A stretch of DNA of 64,000 nucleotides from Bradyrhizobiaceae bacterium Ga0074131 (GCA_001464035.1 LNEC01000023.1:16935-80934); one strand, 5' to 3'. Shown: positions 27,214 through 37,175, counted from the first letter of the stretch. Notes: generated by a model not told the origin, from the letters alone. Program-made: numbers and translations.

Positions 27214-27325
27214 CCTCATGTTTCGAGACGCGCGAAGGCGCGCTCCTTGTATTGAAGGGGCATCGCCAACGGTCGCGCGGATGCGCGCCCGGTGACAGGC
27301 TCCGCAATGCGTCTCGAAGGATGAA
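27214..27325. repeat. intergenic hairpin repeat, family 3
   Basis: ctcatgtttcgagacgcgcgaaggcgcgctcc ... gcgtctcgaaggatg, with ttcgagacgc/gcgtctcgaa arms. A related copy lies at 44055-44150. Confidence 0.7.
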
Positions 27326-27345
27326 GCCATTGAACGGGAGTTGTC

Positions 27346-28560
27346 CTACTTCTTCTGTCCGTAATTCAACAGCCCGCCGAGCCCCTTCGGCGGATGCGCG
27401 CGCAGCGCTTCCTCGTTCGGCTCCGTGCCCCAGCCGGGGCGATCCGGGATCACCAGATGGCCATCGACGATCTCGGGCAGATGGGTGAACAGCTCATGAT
27501 CCCACTCCAGCCGGTCGATGTCGATTTCCATGATCCGCAGATTCGGCACCGCGGCGCAGAAATGCGCGTTCATCATGCTGCAGAGGTGGCCGTAGAAATT
27601 ATGCGGCGCGACGTTGACCTCGTGGGCCTCGGCGGAGGCTGCGATCTTCATCGACTGCCACACCCCGTTCCATGGCGTGTCGATGATGGCGACGTCCATC
27701 GCCTGCTCGCGGAAGTAAGGCAGGAATTCACGCAGGCCGAGCAGCGTCTCGCAGGACGAGATCGGATGCGGGCTTTGCCGCCTGATAAGCCCAAGCGCCT
27801 CGGGGCTAAAGCTGTCGATCTCGATCCAGAACATGTCGAGGTCGGCAATGGTGCGCAGGATCTTCAGATAGCCTTCGGTCTTGGCGTTGAAATTGAGGTC
27901 GAGCAGGATGTCGACGTCTGGCCCGGCGCCGTCGCGGATGGCTTCCAGGTGCATGCGCAGGTCGCGCAGCACCCTGCGGTCGACATTGATCTCCGGCTCG
28001 AACGGCACACCAAAACCGGGCCGCCAGCCCTGCGGTTTGCCGTCGGTGTAGGTGAAGATATTGGTCTTCAGCGCGGTGAACTTCTTGTCCTTGACCTCGC
28101 GCCCGATCGCCTTGACGCCGTCCAGATCGATGATCGCCGGCTTGTACCAGCCGGGATGGTTGATGCGCCAGGTGGCGCAATGCGACCAGTAGACCCGGAC
28201 GCTGTCGCGGATCTTGCCGCCGAGCAGCTCGTAGCAGGGCACGCCCAGCAGCTTGGCCTTGGCATCGAGCAGGGCGTTTTCGATGGCGCCGAGCGCCAGC
28301 GCCACCACGCCGCCGGTGGCGGGGCGCGTCGCCGCGGAAAGCTCGGCAAAGATCCGCTCATGCGCCATGACGTTCTGCCCGACGACGCGGCCGGACAGCC
28401 GCTGGATCGCCGTGCCGACGCCGGGGGCGCCAAAACCCTCGTCATATTCGCTCCAGCCGACCACGCCGTCCTCGGTCGCTATCTTGACGAAATGGTAGTT
28501 TCGCCAGCCGGCGTCGCAGGCGAGGATTTCGACGCTCTTTACCTTGGACCTTTTCGTCAT
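27346..28560 (-). CDS. enolase-superfamily enzyme (mandelate racemase/muconate lactonizing family, acid-sugar dehydratase-like)
   Basis: 404 aa. The N-terminal capping domain plus barrel pattern (LDLNF, WIEID, ETLLG) is typical of the MR/MLE family. Confidence 0.9.
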   Translation of the reverse strand: MTKRSKVKSVEILACDAGWRNYHFVKIATEDGVVGWSEYDEGFGAPGVGTAIQRLSGRVVGQNVMAHERIFAELSAATRPATGGVVALALGAIENALLDAKAKLLGVPCYELLGGKIRDSVRVYWSHCATWRINHPGWYKPAIIDLDGVKAIGREVKDKKFTALKTNIFTYTDGKPQGWRPGFGVPFEPEINVDRRVLRDLRMHLEAIRDGAGPDVDILLDLNFNAKTEGYLKILRTIADLDMFWIEIDSFSPEALGLIRRQSPHPISSCETLLGLREFLPYFREQAMDVAIIDTPWNGVWQSMKIAASAEAHEVNVAPHNFYGHLCSMMNAHFCAAVPNLRIMEIDIDRLEWDHELFTHLPEIVDGHLVIPDRPGWGTEPNEEALRAHPPKGLGGLLNYGQKK

Positions 28561-28623
28561 GGCGTTTCCTTATGTTTCTTTTCTTGAGTTTCGGCCTGCG
28601 CCGGTTGTCGACATTTCTCTACG

Positions 28624-30240
28624 TCACTGCGCCAGCGCCTGCGCGATGAGGTCGGAGCCTTTTTCCGCGACCATGATGGTGGCGGGATGAATGTTCGGTG
28701 ACGGCATCGCCGGCATCACGGACGCGTCGACCACGCGCAAGGCCTCGATGCCGCGGACGCTTAGCGAGCTGTCGACGACGGCGCCGTGATCCTCGCCCAT
28801 CCGGCAGGTACCGCAGGGATGATAGACCGTCGAGCCCATGCTGCGGACGAAGTCGGCGATCTCGTCGTCGCTTTCGATATCCGGCCGCGGTCGGATCTGT
28901 TCGGTCACCAGCGAACGAAACGGTTCGGTCGCGGCGATCTGTCGCGCGATGCGGAATCCCGCCAGCATGATGCGCATGTCGTCAGGGTCGGTCAGGTAGT
29001 TGGCGAGGATGCGCGGCGGGGTCCGGCCGGCGGGATCGCGCAGCGTGATCTCGCCGCGGCTTTTCGGCCGGCAGACGCTGAAGATGAAGGTAAAGCCGGG
29101 CCAGCGGTGCAATCCGAGCTTCAGGCTGTCGGAAGAGAAATTGAGCACCTGGTACTGGATATCGGGCACCGGCTCGGAGGGGCTGGATTTGGCGAACAGC
29201 GTGGCTTCAGTGGCGCCAACCGCGAGCTGGCCGGTCCCGGTGAACAGCCATTGCAGCGCCATCCTGGCCGATTTGACCGGGTTCATCACGGCTTCATTGA
29301 GGGTGTCGCCGCTATGGGTCCTGAACGCGAAACCTGCCTGATAATGATCCTGCAGATTCTTGCCGACCCCGGGGAGATCGTGCTTCACATCAACGCCTTG
29401 CTGCGTCAGCTCGCTCGCTGGACCGATGCCGGAGGCCAGCAGCAGCACCGGCGAGTTGATGGCCCCGCCGCACAGGATCAGTTCGCGGCGCGCGCCGATG
29501 CGCTGGATGCGGCCCTCGCGCTCGACCTCGACACCGACCGCGCGGCGTCCCTCGAACAGGATTTTGCGGACATGGGTCCTGGTCAACAGTTCGAGATTTT
29601 TCCGGGCAAGGTTGGGCCGGAGGTAACCCACCGCGGTCGAGCGGCGCCAGCCATTGTGGACGTTGAGCGGCGCGAAGCCGACGCCGTCGATGCGCTCGCC
29701 ATTGAAATCGGCGTTGCGCGGATATTGCAGCCGCTCGCAGGCCTCCACAAAGGCCTTTGCGACCGCGGAAGGCCGTCTGACGGTGCAAACCGTCATCGGG
29801 CCGCCGCTGCCGCGCCACTGGTCGGCGCCGTCGACACAATGCTCCATCCGCTTGAAGTAGGGCAGCACATCCCGATAGCTCCAGCCTTGCGCGCCCAGCC
29901 GCTGCCATTCGTCGTAGTCGCTCGGCGCGCCGCGCAGGAACACCAGCCCGTTGATGGAGCCCGACCCGCCCACCACCTTGCCGCGCGGCCACAGGATGCT
30001 GCGGCCGCCCAGTCCCGGCTCGGGTTCGGTCTCGTAGCCCCAATTGACATCAGGATTGGGCACGAGCTTGCCGAATCCCCGGGGAATATGGATCCACGGG
30101 TTGCGGTCGCGACCGCCGGCCTCGATCACACACAACGAAATCCCGGGGTTCTCCGTCAGCCGCGCCGCCAGCACGCAACCGGCCGATCCGGCGCCGGCCA
30201 CCACGACGTCGAACTCGGCATCGAAGCGTGGTTTTGCCAT
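28624..30240 (-). CDS. GMC-family FAD oxidoreductase (second copy)
   Basis: 538 aa. FDVVVAGAGSAGCVLAARLTEN, and C-terminal HPCGTCRMG. Confidence 0.9.
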   Translation of the reverse strand: MAKPRFDAEFDVVVAGAGSAGCVLAARLTENPGISLCVIEAGGRDRNPWIHIPRGFGKLVPNPDVNWGYETEPEPGLGGRSILWPRGKVVGGSGSINGLVFLRGAPSDYDEWQRLGAQGWSYRDVLPYFKRMEHCVDGADQWRGSGGPMTVCTVRRPSAVAKAFVEACERLQYPRNADFNGERIDGVGFAPLNVHNGWRRSTAVGYLRPNLARKNLELLTRTHVRKILFEGRRAVGVEVEREGRIQRIGARRELILCGGAINSPVLLLASGIGPASELTQQGVDVKHDLPGVGKNLQDHYQAGFAFRTHSGDTLNEAVMNPVKSARMALQWLFTGTGQLAVGATEATLFAKSSPSEPVPDIQYQVLNFSSDSLKLGLHRWPGFTFIFSVCRPKSRGEITLRDPAGRTPPRILANYLTDPDDMRIMLAGFRIARQIAATEPFRSLVTEQIRPRPDIESDDEIADFVRSMGSTVYHPCGTCRMGEDHGAVVDSSLSVRGIEALRVVDASVMPAMPSPNIHPATIMVAEKGSDLIAQALAQ

Positions 30241-30281
30241 GATCTTCCTTCTGCGAGGACTTTGGGTTTGCGGTGCAAGAA

Positions 30282-30309
30282 CTTGCCACGGATGATGCTA
30301 TGGCTATAT
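30282..30309 (+). promoter_or_regulatory. RpoH (sigma-32)-type heat-shock promoter candidate for htpG
   Basis: CTTG (30282-30285)-N18-CTATAT (30304-30309), about 48 nt upstream of the htpG ATG. Confidence 0.45.
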
Positions 30310-30357
30310 CGGATTTTTCGGACCCTTTCCGCAAGCGTGCATTGAGCGAGACTGATC

Positions 30358-32235
30358 ATGACTGCCACCACCACCGATACCGCACCGGTCTCCCAGCCGT
30401 TCCAGGCCGAGGTCGCCGAACTGCTCCATTTGATGGTGCATTCGGTCTATTCGGAAACCGATATCTTCCTGCGCGAGTTGATCTCCAACGCCTCGGACGC
30501 CTGTGACAAGCTGCGCTATGAGGCGATCGCGAACCCCGCGCTGATCGCGGACGGCGAGCCACCCAAAATCCGCATCGTGCCCGACAAGCAGGGCAGTACG
30601 CTGCGCGTGGTCGATACCGGCATCGGCATGGACCGGCAGGAGCTGATCGACAACCTCGGCACCATCGCCCGCTCCGGCACAAAGTCCTTCCTGTCGCGGC
30701 TGACCGAGGCCAAGGACGGCGCCGGCCTGATCGGCCAGTTCGGCGTCGGCTTCTATTCCGCCTTCATGGTGGCGGAGCGCATCGAGGTGTTCAGCCGCCG
30801 CGCCGGCACCGACGAGGTCTGGGCCTGGTCGTCGTCCGGCGGGTCGGGATTTGAAATCGCACGGGCGAGCGAGGAAGACTCCAAACGCGTGGCGCGCGGC
30901 ACCGAAATCGTGCTGCACCTCAAGCCCGACGCCAAAAAATACCTCGAGACCTACGAGATCGAGCGCATCGTAGGCGCCTATTCCGACAACATCCAGTTCC
31001 CGATCGAACTTCAGGCGGAAGAAGGCGAGCCGCGCCAGATCAATTCGGCCAGCGCACTGTGGCAGCGCTCCAAGTCGGAACTGAAGCCGGAGGACTACGC
31101 GCAGGCCTACAAGCAGATCGCGAACGCGTTCGATGAGCCGGCGATGACGCTCCATTACCGCGCCGAAGGCCGCTACTCCTACGCGGTGCTGTTGTTCGCG
31201 CCCTCGGCAAAGCCGTTCGACCTGTTCGAGCCGCAGCGCAAGGGACGGGTGAAGCTGTATGTCCGCCGCGTCTTCATCACCGATGACGCCGACCTGCTGC
31301 CGGCCTATCTGCGCTTCATCCGCGGCGTGGTCGACAGCGAGGACCTGCCGCTCAACATTTCGCGGGAGATGCTGCAGAACAACCCGCAGCTGGCGCAGAT
31401 CCGCAAGGCCGTGACCAGCCGCGTCGTCAGCGAACTGGAGACGCTCGGCGACAAGGAGCCGGAGAATTTTGCCAAGATCTGGGACGCCTTCGGGCCCGTG
31501 ATCAAGGAGGGCCTCTACGAGGATTTCGAGCGGCGCGAGAAATTGCTGGCACTGTCGCGATTCACGACGACGTCGGGCGCGAACCGGTCGCTGAAACAAT
31601 ACATCGCTGACCTGAAACCCAACCAGACAGAGGTGTATTTCCTGGTCGGCGACAGCATCGAGCGGCTGAAATCGAATCCCAAGCTGGAATCGGCGGCCGC
31701 ACGCGGCATTGAGGTGCTGCTGCTGACCGATCCGGTCGACGCGTTCTGGACCTCGGCAGCCCTCGATTTCGAGGGCAAGCCGCTGAAGTCGCTGAGCCAG
31801 GGCGACGTCGATTTTGCCCTCATCCCGCTGCTCGACGAGCACAAGGACGACGCCAGACCGGAAGCTGACGAAGCCGCGATTATCGCCGTCATCAAGGCGA
31901 CCCTTGGCGAGCGCGTCTCCGACGTACGCGCCTCGCAGCGGCTGACGTCGAGCGCCTCCTGCCTGGTCGCCGGCAGCCACGGCCCGGACCGCGAGCTGGA
32001 GCGCTTGCTGGCCCGGCAAAATCGCGGCGCCGGGACAAAGCCGATTCTCGAGATCAACCTGCGCCATCCGCTGGTGGCGGCGATATCGGGCGACGGCGAA
32101 GCCGCCGCGGACCTGTCGTTCCTGCTCCTGGAGCAGGCGCAGATCCTCGACGGCGAACTGCCGGAGGACCCTGCCGCGTTTGCCGGCCGGCTCAACCGGT
32201 TGGTGCTGCAGGGGCTGGCGAAGGGGAGTGGGTAG
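30358..32235 (+). CDS. htpG: molecular chaperone HtpG (Hsp90)
   Basis: 625 aa. [18 protein letters not shown] and [16 protein letters not shown]. Confidence 0.95.
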   Translation: MTATTTDTAPVSQPFQAEVAELLHLMVHSVYSETDIFLRELISNASDACDKLRYEAIANPALIADGEPPKIRIVPDKQGSTLRVVDTGIGMDRQELIDNLGTIARSGTKSFLSRLTEAKDGAGLIGQFGVGFYSAFMVAERIEVFSRRAGTDEVWAWSSSGGSGFEIARASEEDSKRVARGTEIVLHLKPDAKKYLETYEIERIVGAYSDNIQFPIELQAEEGEPRQINSASALWQRSKSELKPEDYAQAYKQIANAFDEPAMTLHYRAEGRYSYAVLLFAPSAKPFDLFEPQRKGRVKLYVRRVFITDDADLLPAYLRFIRGVVDSEDLPLNISREMLQNNPQLAQIRKAVTSRVVSELETLGDKEPENFAKIWDAFGPVIKEGLYEDFERREKLLALSRFTTTSGANRSLKQYIADLKPNQTEVYFLVGDSIERLKSNPKLESAAARGIEVLLLTDPVDAFWTSAALDFEGKPLKSLSQGDVDFALIPLLDEHKDDARPEADEAAIIAVIKATLGERVSDVRASQRLTSSASCLVAGSHGPDRELERLLARQNRGAGTKPILEINLRHPLVAAISGDGEAAADLSFLLLEQAQILDGELPEDPAAFAGRLNRLVLQGLAKGSG

Positions 32236-32349
32236 AAGCTGGCGGAGACTGGCTCTGTCCGAGGGTGCTTTTTGCCCAATGCCATGAACCCAAATGCCAG
32301 GGCCGACCGTATCTGTCAGACCACTTCGGAAACGGGTAATTCCATAGCG

Positions 32350-33495
32350 ATGACCGCCGGCCCCACCTTCTACAGCTCCATCCCGGTCTTTCGCGGCTTT
32401 GCCAGCCTGATGGACCCGGCGCTGTATGCGCGGCTGCCCGATGACTGGAGCATCGGCGTCGCCGATATCGTGGAATCAACCAAGGCGATCGCGGACGCGC
32501 GCTACAAGGCGGTCAACATGGCCGGGGCTTCGGTGATCGCGGCGGTCGCCAATGCGCTGGAGGGCCGCGAGTTTCCCTTCGTGTTCGGCGGCGACGGCGC
32601 GAGTTTCGCGGTGTCGCCCGAGGATCTCGCGCGCACCCGCGAGGCGATGGCGGCGACCGCGACCTGGGTCGAGGAGAGCCTCAATCTCGTAATGCGGGTG
32701 GCGCTGGTGCCGGTGTCGGCGGCGCGGGAGCAGGGCTTCGATGTTCGCGTCGCGCGATTCGGGCCGTCGGCCAACCTGTCTTATGCGATGTTTTCCGGCG
32801 GCGGTCTCGGCTGGGCGGAGACGGCGATGAAGCGCGGCGAGTTCGCGGTGGCGAAGGCCGTGCCCGGCACCCAGCCCGACCTCACCGGGCTGTCGTGCCG
32901 GTTCGAGGAAATTCCGTCCGCGCGCGGCCTGATCCTCTCGGTGCTGGTCGTGCCCGGCCGTGATGCCAGTCCCGGCGCCTTTCGCAAAGTGATCGAGGAC
33001 CTCGTCGCGCTGGTCGAGAGCAGCCCCGATGCAGGGCGGCCGGTGCCGCCGGAGGGCCCGCCGCTGAAATGGCCGCCGAGCGGCAACAAATACGAAGTCA
33101 GCGCCATGCGCGGTGGATCGCTGTTCAGGCGGCGCGCTTTCGTGCTCGCCAATACCCTGTTCGCCTATGTCGTGATGCGCTTCGGCATCAGCGTTGGTGG
33201 CTTCGTGCCGAAGACCTATGTGCAGGAGGTGGTGGAGAATTCCGACTTCCGCAAATATGACGACGGCTTGCGCATGATCCTCGATTGCACGCCGGAGCTG
33301 GAGCGTGCGCTGACGAACGTGCTGATCGCGGCGGCCTCGGCGGGAATCGTGCGCTACGGCCTGCACCGGCAGGATGCGGCGATGATGACCTGTTTCACGC
33401 CCTCGGCGCTGCGCAGCGACCATGTGCATTTCATTGATGGCGCCCGCGGCGGCTACGCCTCGGCGGCGACTGCGCTGAAGGCGATGGCGGCGTGA
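32350..33495 (+). CDS. DUF3095-family protein (uncharacterised)
   Basis: ORF 32272..33495. I favour ATG 32350 (MTAGPTFYSSIPVF...), though the in-frame ATG 32284 is also possible. FPFVFGGDGASFAV motif as I recall for DUF3095. Confidence 0.6.
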   Translation: MTAGPTFYSSIPVFRGFASLMDPALYARLPDDWSIGVADIVESTKAIADARYKAVNMAGASVIAAVANALEGREFPFVFGGDGASFAVSPEDLARTREAMAATATWVEESLNLVMRVALVPVSAAREQGFDVRVARFGPSANLSYAMFSGGGLGWAETAMKRGEFAVAKAVPGTQPDLTGLSCRFEEIPSARGLILSVLVVPGRDASPGAFRKVIEDLVALVESSPDAGRPVPPEGPPLKWPPSGNKYEVSAMRGGSLFRRRAFVLANTLFAYVVMRFGISVGGFVPKTYVQEVVENSDFRKYDDGLRMILDCTPELERALTNVLIAAASAGIVRYGLHRQDAAMMTCFTPSALRSDHVHFIDGARGGYASAATALKAMAA

Positions 33496-33496
33496 C

Positions 33497-33943
33497 TTAG
33501 CGCCCGACTCGCGTCGAGTTCTCGCCTCCGCAGATCGCGCCGACGCAGCCTTCGACCTTCAGCGTATCCGGCCCCGCCAGCGAGATGTGGCTCACATAGG
33601 TGCTGCCGTCATCGGCGTTGTAGATTTGTCCGGACCATCGGTTCGGGCCGGATGGCTGCATGCCGCCGAACAGCGGCAGTCCGATCATCGGGCGCTTTCT
33701 CAGGGCCGGATTGGGATTCTTGTCGTCGACCGGGGGTTTGCCGGTGGCGGGATCGATCGGCTCGCGCAGCCCGACGATGACCCCGCAGATTCCGCCGCCG
33801 CATTTGCTGACGCGTACCCTGGCGTCGCCGGCCTGCGTCAGCCAGATGCCGGTGGCTTCAGCGCTGCCCTGTGCATGGGCGGCGGGAGCGGTGAGCAACG
33901 CCGCCAGGATCGAAATGATGATGATGCCGAATCGGCAAGACAT
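33497..33943 (-). CDS. DUF2147-like periplasmic protein
   Basis: Met18 of ORF 33497..33994. Signal peptide, GIWLTQAGDARVRVSKCGGGICG and GQIYNADDGSTY. Confidence 0.65.
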   Translation of the reverse strand: MSCRFGIIIISILAALLTAPAAHAQGSAEATGIWLTQAGDARVRVSKCGGGICGVIVGLREPIDPATGKPPVDDKNPNPALRKRPMIGLPLFGGMQPSGPNRWSGQIYNADDGSTYVSHISLAGPDTLKVEGCVGAICGGENSTRVGR

Positions 33944-34018
33944 TGGCCTCTCCCTGAAAGCCGGCCTGCATACCAAAAAATCGAACGGGTGCAATGCCGC
34001 ACCCCCCGAGCGCGGAAC

Positions 34019-35383
34019 TCACTTGCCCCAACGCGTCAGGTGAACCGATGCGGCCACGCCAAGGCCGAACAGCACCATTGCGGCGCCGACCAGCGCGAAC
34101 AGCGTCCAGGCCGGGGCATCGATCGACACCAGCCACCAGCCACCGAGGGCAACCAGCAGCAGCCGGCCCGTTCCCGCCAGCACCGGGCCGCCAACTTTCG
34201 CCGCACCCTGCGATGCGAAGTAAAGGCAGGTGCCCAACCCGAAAAACCCGAATGCCGGACCGGCCCAGGCGAAATAGGAGTGAGCGGCGGCGGTGACGCC
34301 GGGGTCGCTGGTAAACAGCGAGACCCAGAGCAAGGGTTCGACGGCAACGATCAGGCCGATCAGTCCGACGAAAAGGCCTGACGCGGCGCCTGCGGTCCAC
34401 GCCACCCTGCGGGCGCGCGGGACGAGGCCGGCGCCGACCGCCATGCCGACCATCGGCACCGAGGCCACGCCGAAGGCGAACGAAATCGGGGTCAGCAGGA
34501 ATTCGAGCCGCGAGCCCATGCCGTAGCCCGCCAGCGTCGCGGTGCCGTAACCCGCCAAAATGCTAGTGAAGATCAGGATGGTCAATACGCTCTGCAGCGG
34601 AGCCACGCAGGAAATCGCGCCGACCTTGAGGATGTCGAGGAACATGTCGCGCTGAAATCGGAAGGCACGAAAATCGAGCGTGAGCCGGCTGCGGCCGCTG
34701 ACGAGAACCCAAGCGAGGAAAATCGTCCCGAGCGAGAACGCGACCAGTTGCCCGCCAGCGACCCCGCGCATGCCCAGTTTCGGCAGGCCGGCAAGGCCGA
34801 GGCCCAATGCGCCGCCCACCACGATCTGGACGATGGCTGTGCCGATCAGCGTCGCCGACGGCAGCCGCATGTCGCCGGTCCCGCGCAGCACCGAGCAGAG
34901 CGTATTGACCAGCCAGATCGAAGTCGCGCCGGAAAACAGCACCTGCGAATATTGCAGGGCCTGTTCGAGTACGCCGCCACGCCCGCCCAGCAGCATGAAG
35001 AACTGCCGGCCGAACAGCAGCATGACAGCGGTGAAGAACAGTCCGCCGAGCAGGCCGATCATGACGGCGTGCAGCGCCAGCGTCGCCGCGCGGCCGCGGT
35101 CGCCGGCGCCGAGCGCGCGGCTGATCGCGGATGAAACGCCGCCGCCCATGGCGCCGGCCGACATCATCTGCGTCAGCATGACGAAGGGAAAAACCAGCGC
35201 GATCGCGGCCAGCGGTTCGATGCCAAGGCGGCCGATATAGGAGGTTTCGGCGACCGCCACCAAGGTGGTGCCGAGCATCGCGACGACATTGGGAAGCGCC
35301 AGCTTCAGCAGGGTCGGCAGGATCGGCGCCGTCAGCAGGCTGTTGGCGGGCAGGCCGGCGGGGGGCGGGGCCTCAATGGTCAT
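34019..35383 (-). CDS. MATE-family efflux transporter
   Basis: 454 aa, 12 TM segments, MATE-like N-terminus (ILPTLLKLALPNVVAML). Confidence 0.85.
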   Translation of the reverse strand: MTIEAPPPAGLPANSLLTAPILPTLLKLALPNVVAMLGTTLVAVAETSYIGRLGIEPLAAIALVFPFVMLTQMMSAGAMGGGVSSAISRALGAGDRGRAATLALHAVMIGLLGGLFFTAVMLLFGRQFFMLLGGRGGVLEQALQYSQVLFSGATSIWLVNTLCSVLRGTGDMRLPSATLIGTAIVQIVVGGALGLGLAGLPKLGMRGVAGGQLVAFSLGTIFLAWVLVSGRSRLTLDFRAFRFQRDMFLDILKVGAISCVAPLQSVLTILIFTSILAGYGTATLAGYGMGSRLEFLLTPISFAFGVASVPMVGMAVGAGLVPRARRVAWTAGAASGLFVGLIGLIVAVEPLLWVSLFTSDPGVTAAAHSYFAWAGPAFGFFGLGTCLYFASQGAAKVGGPVLAGTGRLLLVALGGWWLVSIDAPAWTLFALVGAAMVLFGLGVAASVHLTRWGK

Positions 35384-35466
35384 GGGTCACCCGTTGCTGA
35401 TCTTCAGCCGGCCGATACGAATGATGAATGAACCGGGCTCGCAACGCCACCCGGCGCCACGCATGG

Positions 35467-35994
35467 TCACCACGGCAGGCCGCATAGGTCGATGATGCCC
35501 TGCCGCGGCTTGCGGTTGAAATCGAACACCAAGGGCGCCATCGCCTCGAAGCGAATACGTCCCTGCGGCTGTTCGGCATAGATTTCGCCGGTGAACGGGT
35601 GCCAGCCGCGCGACTGGTAAAACGCTAAATTGTGCGGTTCGCAGAACAACAGCGCGAATTGAACCGCCTCATGATGACGCATGGTCTGGATGGCGGCGTC
35701 GAGCGCGAGGCTGGCATACCCCTGCCGCCGACAGTCCTTACGGGTCGCAACCCCGCCGATGCCGCCGATCTGGTACCTGCGGTCGTCCCAGGTCACGTGG
35801 CGGAAGTAGATGCCGACATGGCAGGCCAGGCCGCCTTCGGGCGCCTCGATCAGCACGCGGAGATCGGCATTGGCCCATGTGACATCAGCCCATGGCAGCT
35901 TTTCAACGACGTGGCGCGGCCAGACCGCGTTGAACAGCGGTTCGGCCGTCGGCCACGATGCGTCTCCGTTCAATACGTCGATCTCGATGCTCAT
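35467..35994 (-). CDS. GNAT-family N-acetyltransferase
   Basis: 175 aa. RKDCRRQGYASLALDAAI acetyl-CoA-binding motif. Confidence 0.75.
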   Translation of the reverse strand: MSIEIDVLNGDASWPTAEPLFNAVWPRHVVEKLPWADVTWANADLRVLIEAPEGGLACHVGIYFRHVTWDDRRYQIGGIGGVATRKDCRRQGYASLALDAAIQTMRHHEAVQFALLFCEPHNLAFYQSRGWHPFTGEIYAEQPQGRIRFEAMAPLVFDFNRKPRQGIIDLCGLPW

Positions 35995-36058
35995 GTTTCG
36001 CTCTTCTCTGGCGCGCTGTCTGGCTTGGCCATCCCAAATTGCTGTGTTTAAGCTGCAA

Positions 36059-36083
36059 GGAACCTTCTATAAAGGTTCCCGTT
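36059..36083 (+). promoter_or_regulatory. EcfG-type promoter candidate upstream of sodB
   Basis: GGAAC 36059-36063, 16 nt spacer, CGTT 36080-36083. Lies 35 nt upstream of the sodB ATG. The spacer completes the palindrome GGAACCTT-ctata-AAGGTTCC. Confidence 0.55.
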
Positions 36084-36117
36084 AAGTCACGTCTCCCATC
36101 ATTGCGGACATCATCCC

Positions 36118-36714
36118 ATGACCTTCAAGCTTCCCGACCTTCCCTATGCCTATGACGCGCTGGCTCCTCATATGTCGAAGGAAACGCTGGAATACCACCA
36201 CGACAAACATCATCAGGCCTATGTGACCAACGGCAACAATCTGCTGAAGGGTACCGAATTCGAGGGCAAGCCTCTCGAGGAGATCGTCAAGGGCTCGTTC
36301 GGCAAGAACGCGCCGCTGTTCAACAATGCCGGCCAGCACTACAACCACCTGCATTTCTGGAACTGGATGAAGCCCAATGGCGGCGGCAGCAAATTGCCCG
36401 GCCGTCTGGAAAAGAAAATCACCGAGGACCTCGGCGGGCTGGAGAAGTTCAAGACCGATTTCGCCGCCGCGGGTGTCGGCCAGTTCGGCTCCGGCTGGGC
36501 GTGGCTGTCGGTCAAGAACGGCAAGCTCGAAATCTCCAAGACCGCCAACGGCGAAAGCCCGCTGGTGCATGGCGCCACCCCGATCCTCGGCGTCGACGTC
36601 TGGGAGCACTCCTACTACATCGATTATCGCAACCGTCGTCCCGACTACCTGAAGGCGTTCGTCGATCATCTGGTGAACTGGGAATATGTCGATCAGCTGT
36701 TTGCCAAAGCCTGA
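36118..36714 (+). CDS. sodB: Fe-type superoxide dismutase
   Basis: 198 aa. LEYHHDKHH and DVWEHSYY. The Gln in NNAGQHYNH suggests the Fe type. Confidence 0.95.
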   Translation: MTFKLPDLPYAYDALAPHMSKETLEYHHDKHHQAYVTNGNNLLKGTEFEGKPLEEIVKGSFGKNAPLFNNAGQHYNHLHFWNWMKPNGGGSKLPGRLEKKITEDLGGLEKFKTDFAAAGVGQFGSGWAWLSVKNGKLEISKTANGESPLVHGATPILGVDVWEHSYYIDYRNRRPDYLKAFVDHLVNWEYVDQLFAKA

Positions 36715-36736
36715 GGCTTTAGCCAAGCGATCGAGG

Positions 36737-36766
36737 GCGGCAGCACGCGCTGCCGCTCTTTCGTTT
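36737..36766 (+). terminator. rho-independent terminator after sodB
   Basis: GCGGCAGC (36737-36744) / GCTGCCGC (36749-36756), then tctttcgttt. Confidence 0.7.
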
Positions 36767-36797
36767 GCGTGAGCCGCTGGCCGGCAGGGTGGGGCAG

Positions 36798-37175
36798 ATG
36801 AATAGTTACCTTCTGGTTTTCCTCGGCGGCGGGCTCGGCGCGTCGCTGCGCCATCTCGTCAACGTCACCTCTGCGCGCGGCCTCGGTGCGTCGTTTCCCT
36901 GGGGTACCTTCATCGTCAATATCTCGGGCTCGCTCGTCATGGGCCTGATCGCCGGCTATCTCGCCTTCAAGGGCGAGGCCTCGCAGCCCTGGCGGCTGTT
37001 CCTGATGACCGGCATTCTCGGCGGCTACACCACCTTCTCGGCGTTCTCGCTCGATGCCGCGCTGCTCTATGAGCGGGGCGAGATCGCCTCCGCGCTGTTC
37101 TACGTGCTGGGGTCGGTGGTGCTGTCGATCGCCGGCCTGTTCGCCGGCCTGGCACTGGTGCGCCATCTGACGTGA
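36798..37175 (+). CDS. crcB: fluoride channel CrcB/FluC
   Basis: Met12 of ORF 36765..37175. MNSYLLVFLGGGLGASLRH...GTFIVNISGSLVMG...GGYTTFSAFS. Confidence 0.85.
   Translation: MNSYLLVFLGGGLGASLRHLVNVTSARGLGASFPWGTFIVNISGSLVMGLIAGYLAFKGEASQPWRLFLMTGILGGYTTFSAFSLDAALLYERGEIASALFYVLGSVVLSIAGLFAGLALVRHLT

Noticed and set aside
36715-36797. Fluoride riboswitch upstream of crcB.
   Set aside because: I looked for the crcB-motif core (GGxGAUGG...AACCGCC...CUGAUGAUGCCU) and did not see it. The gap is occupied by the sodB terminator hairpin.
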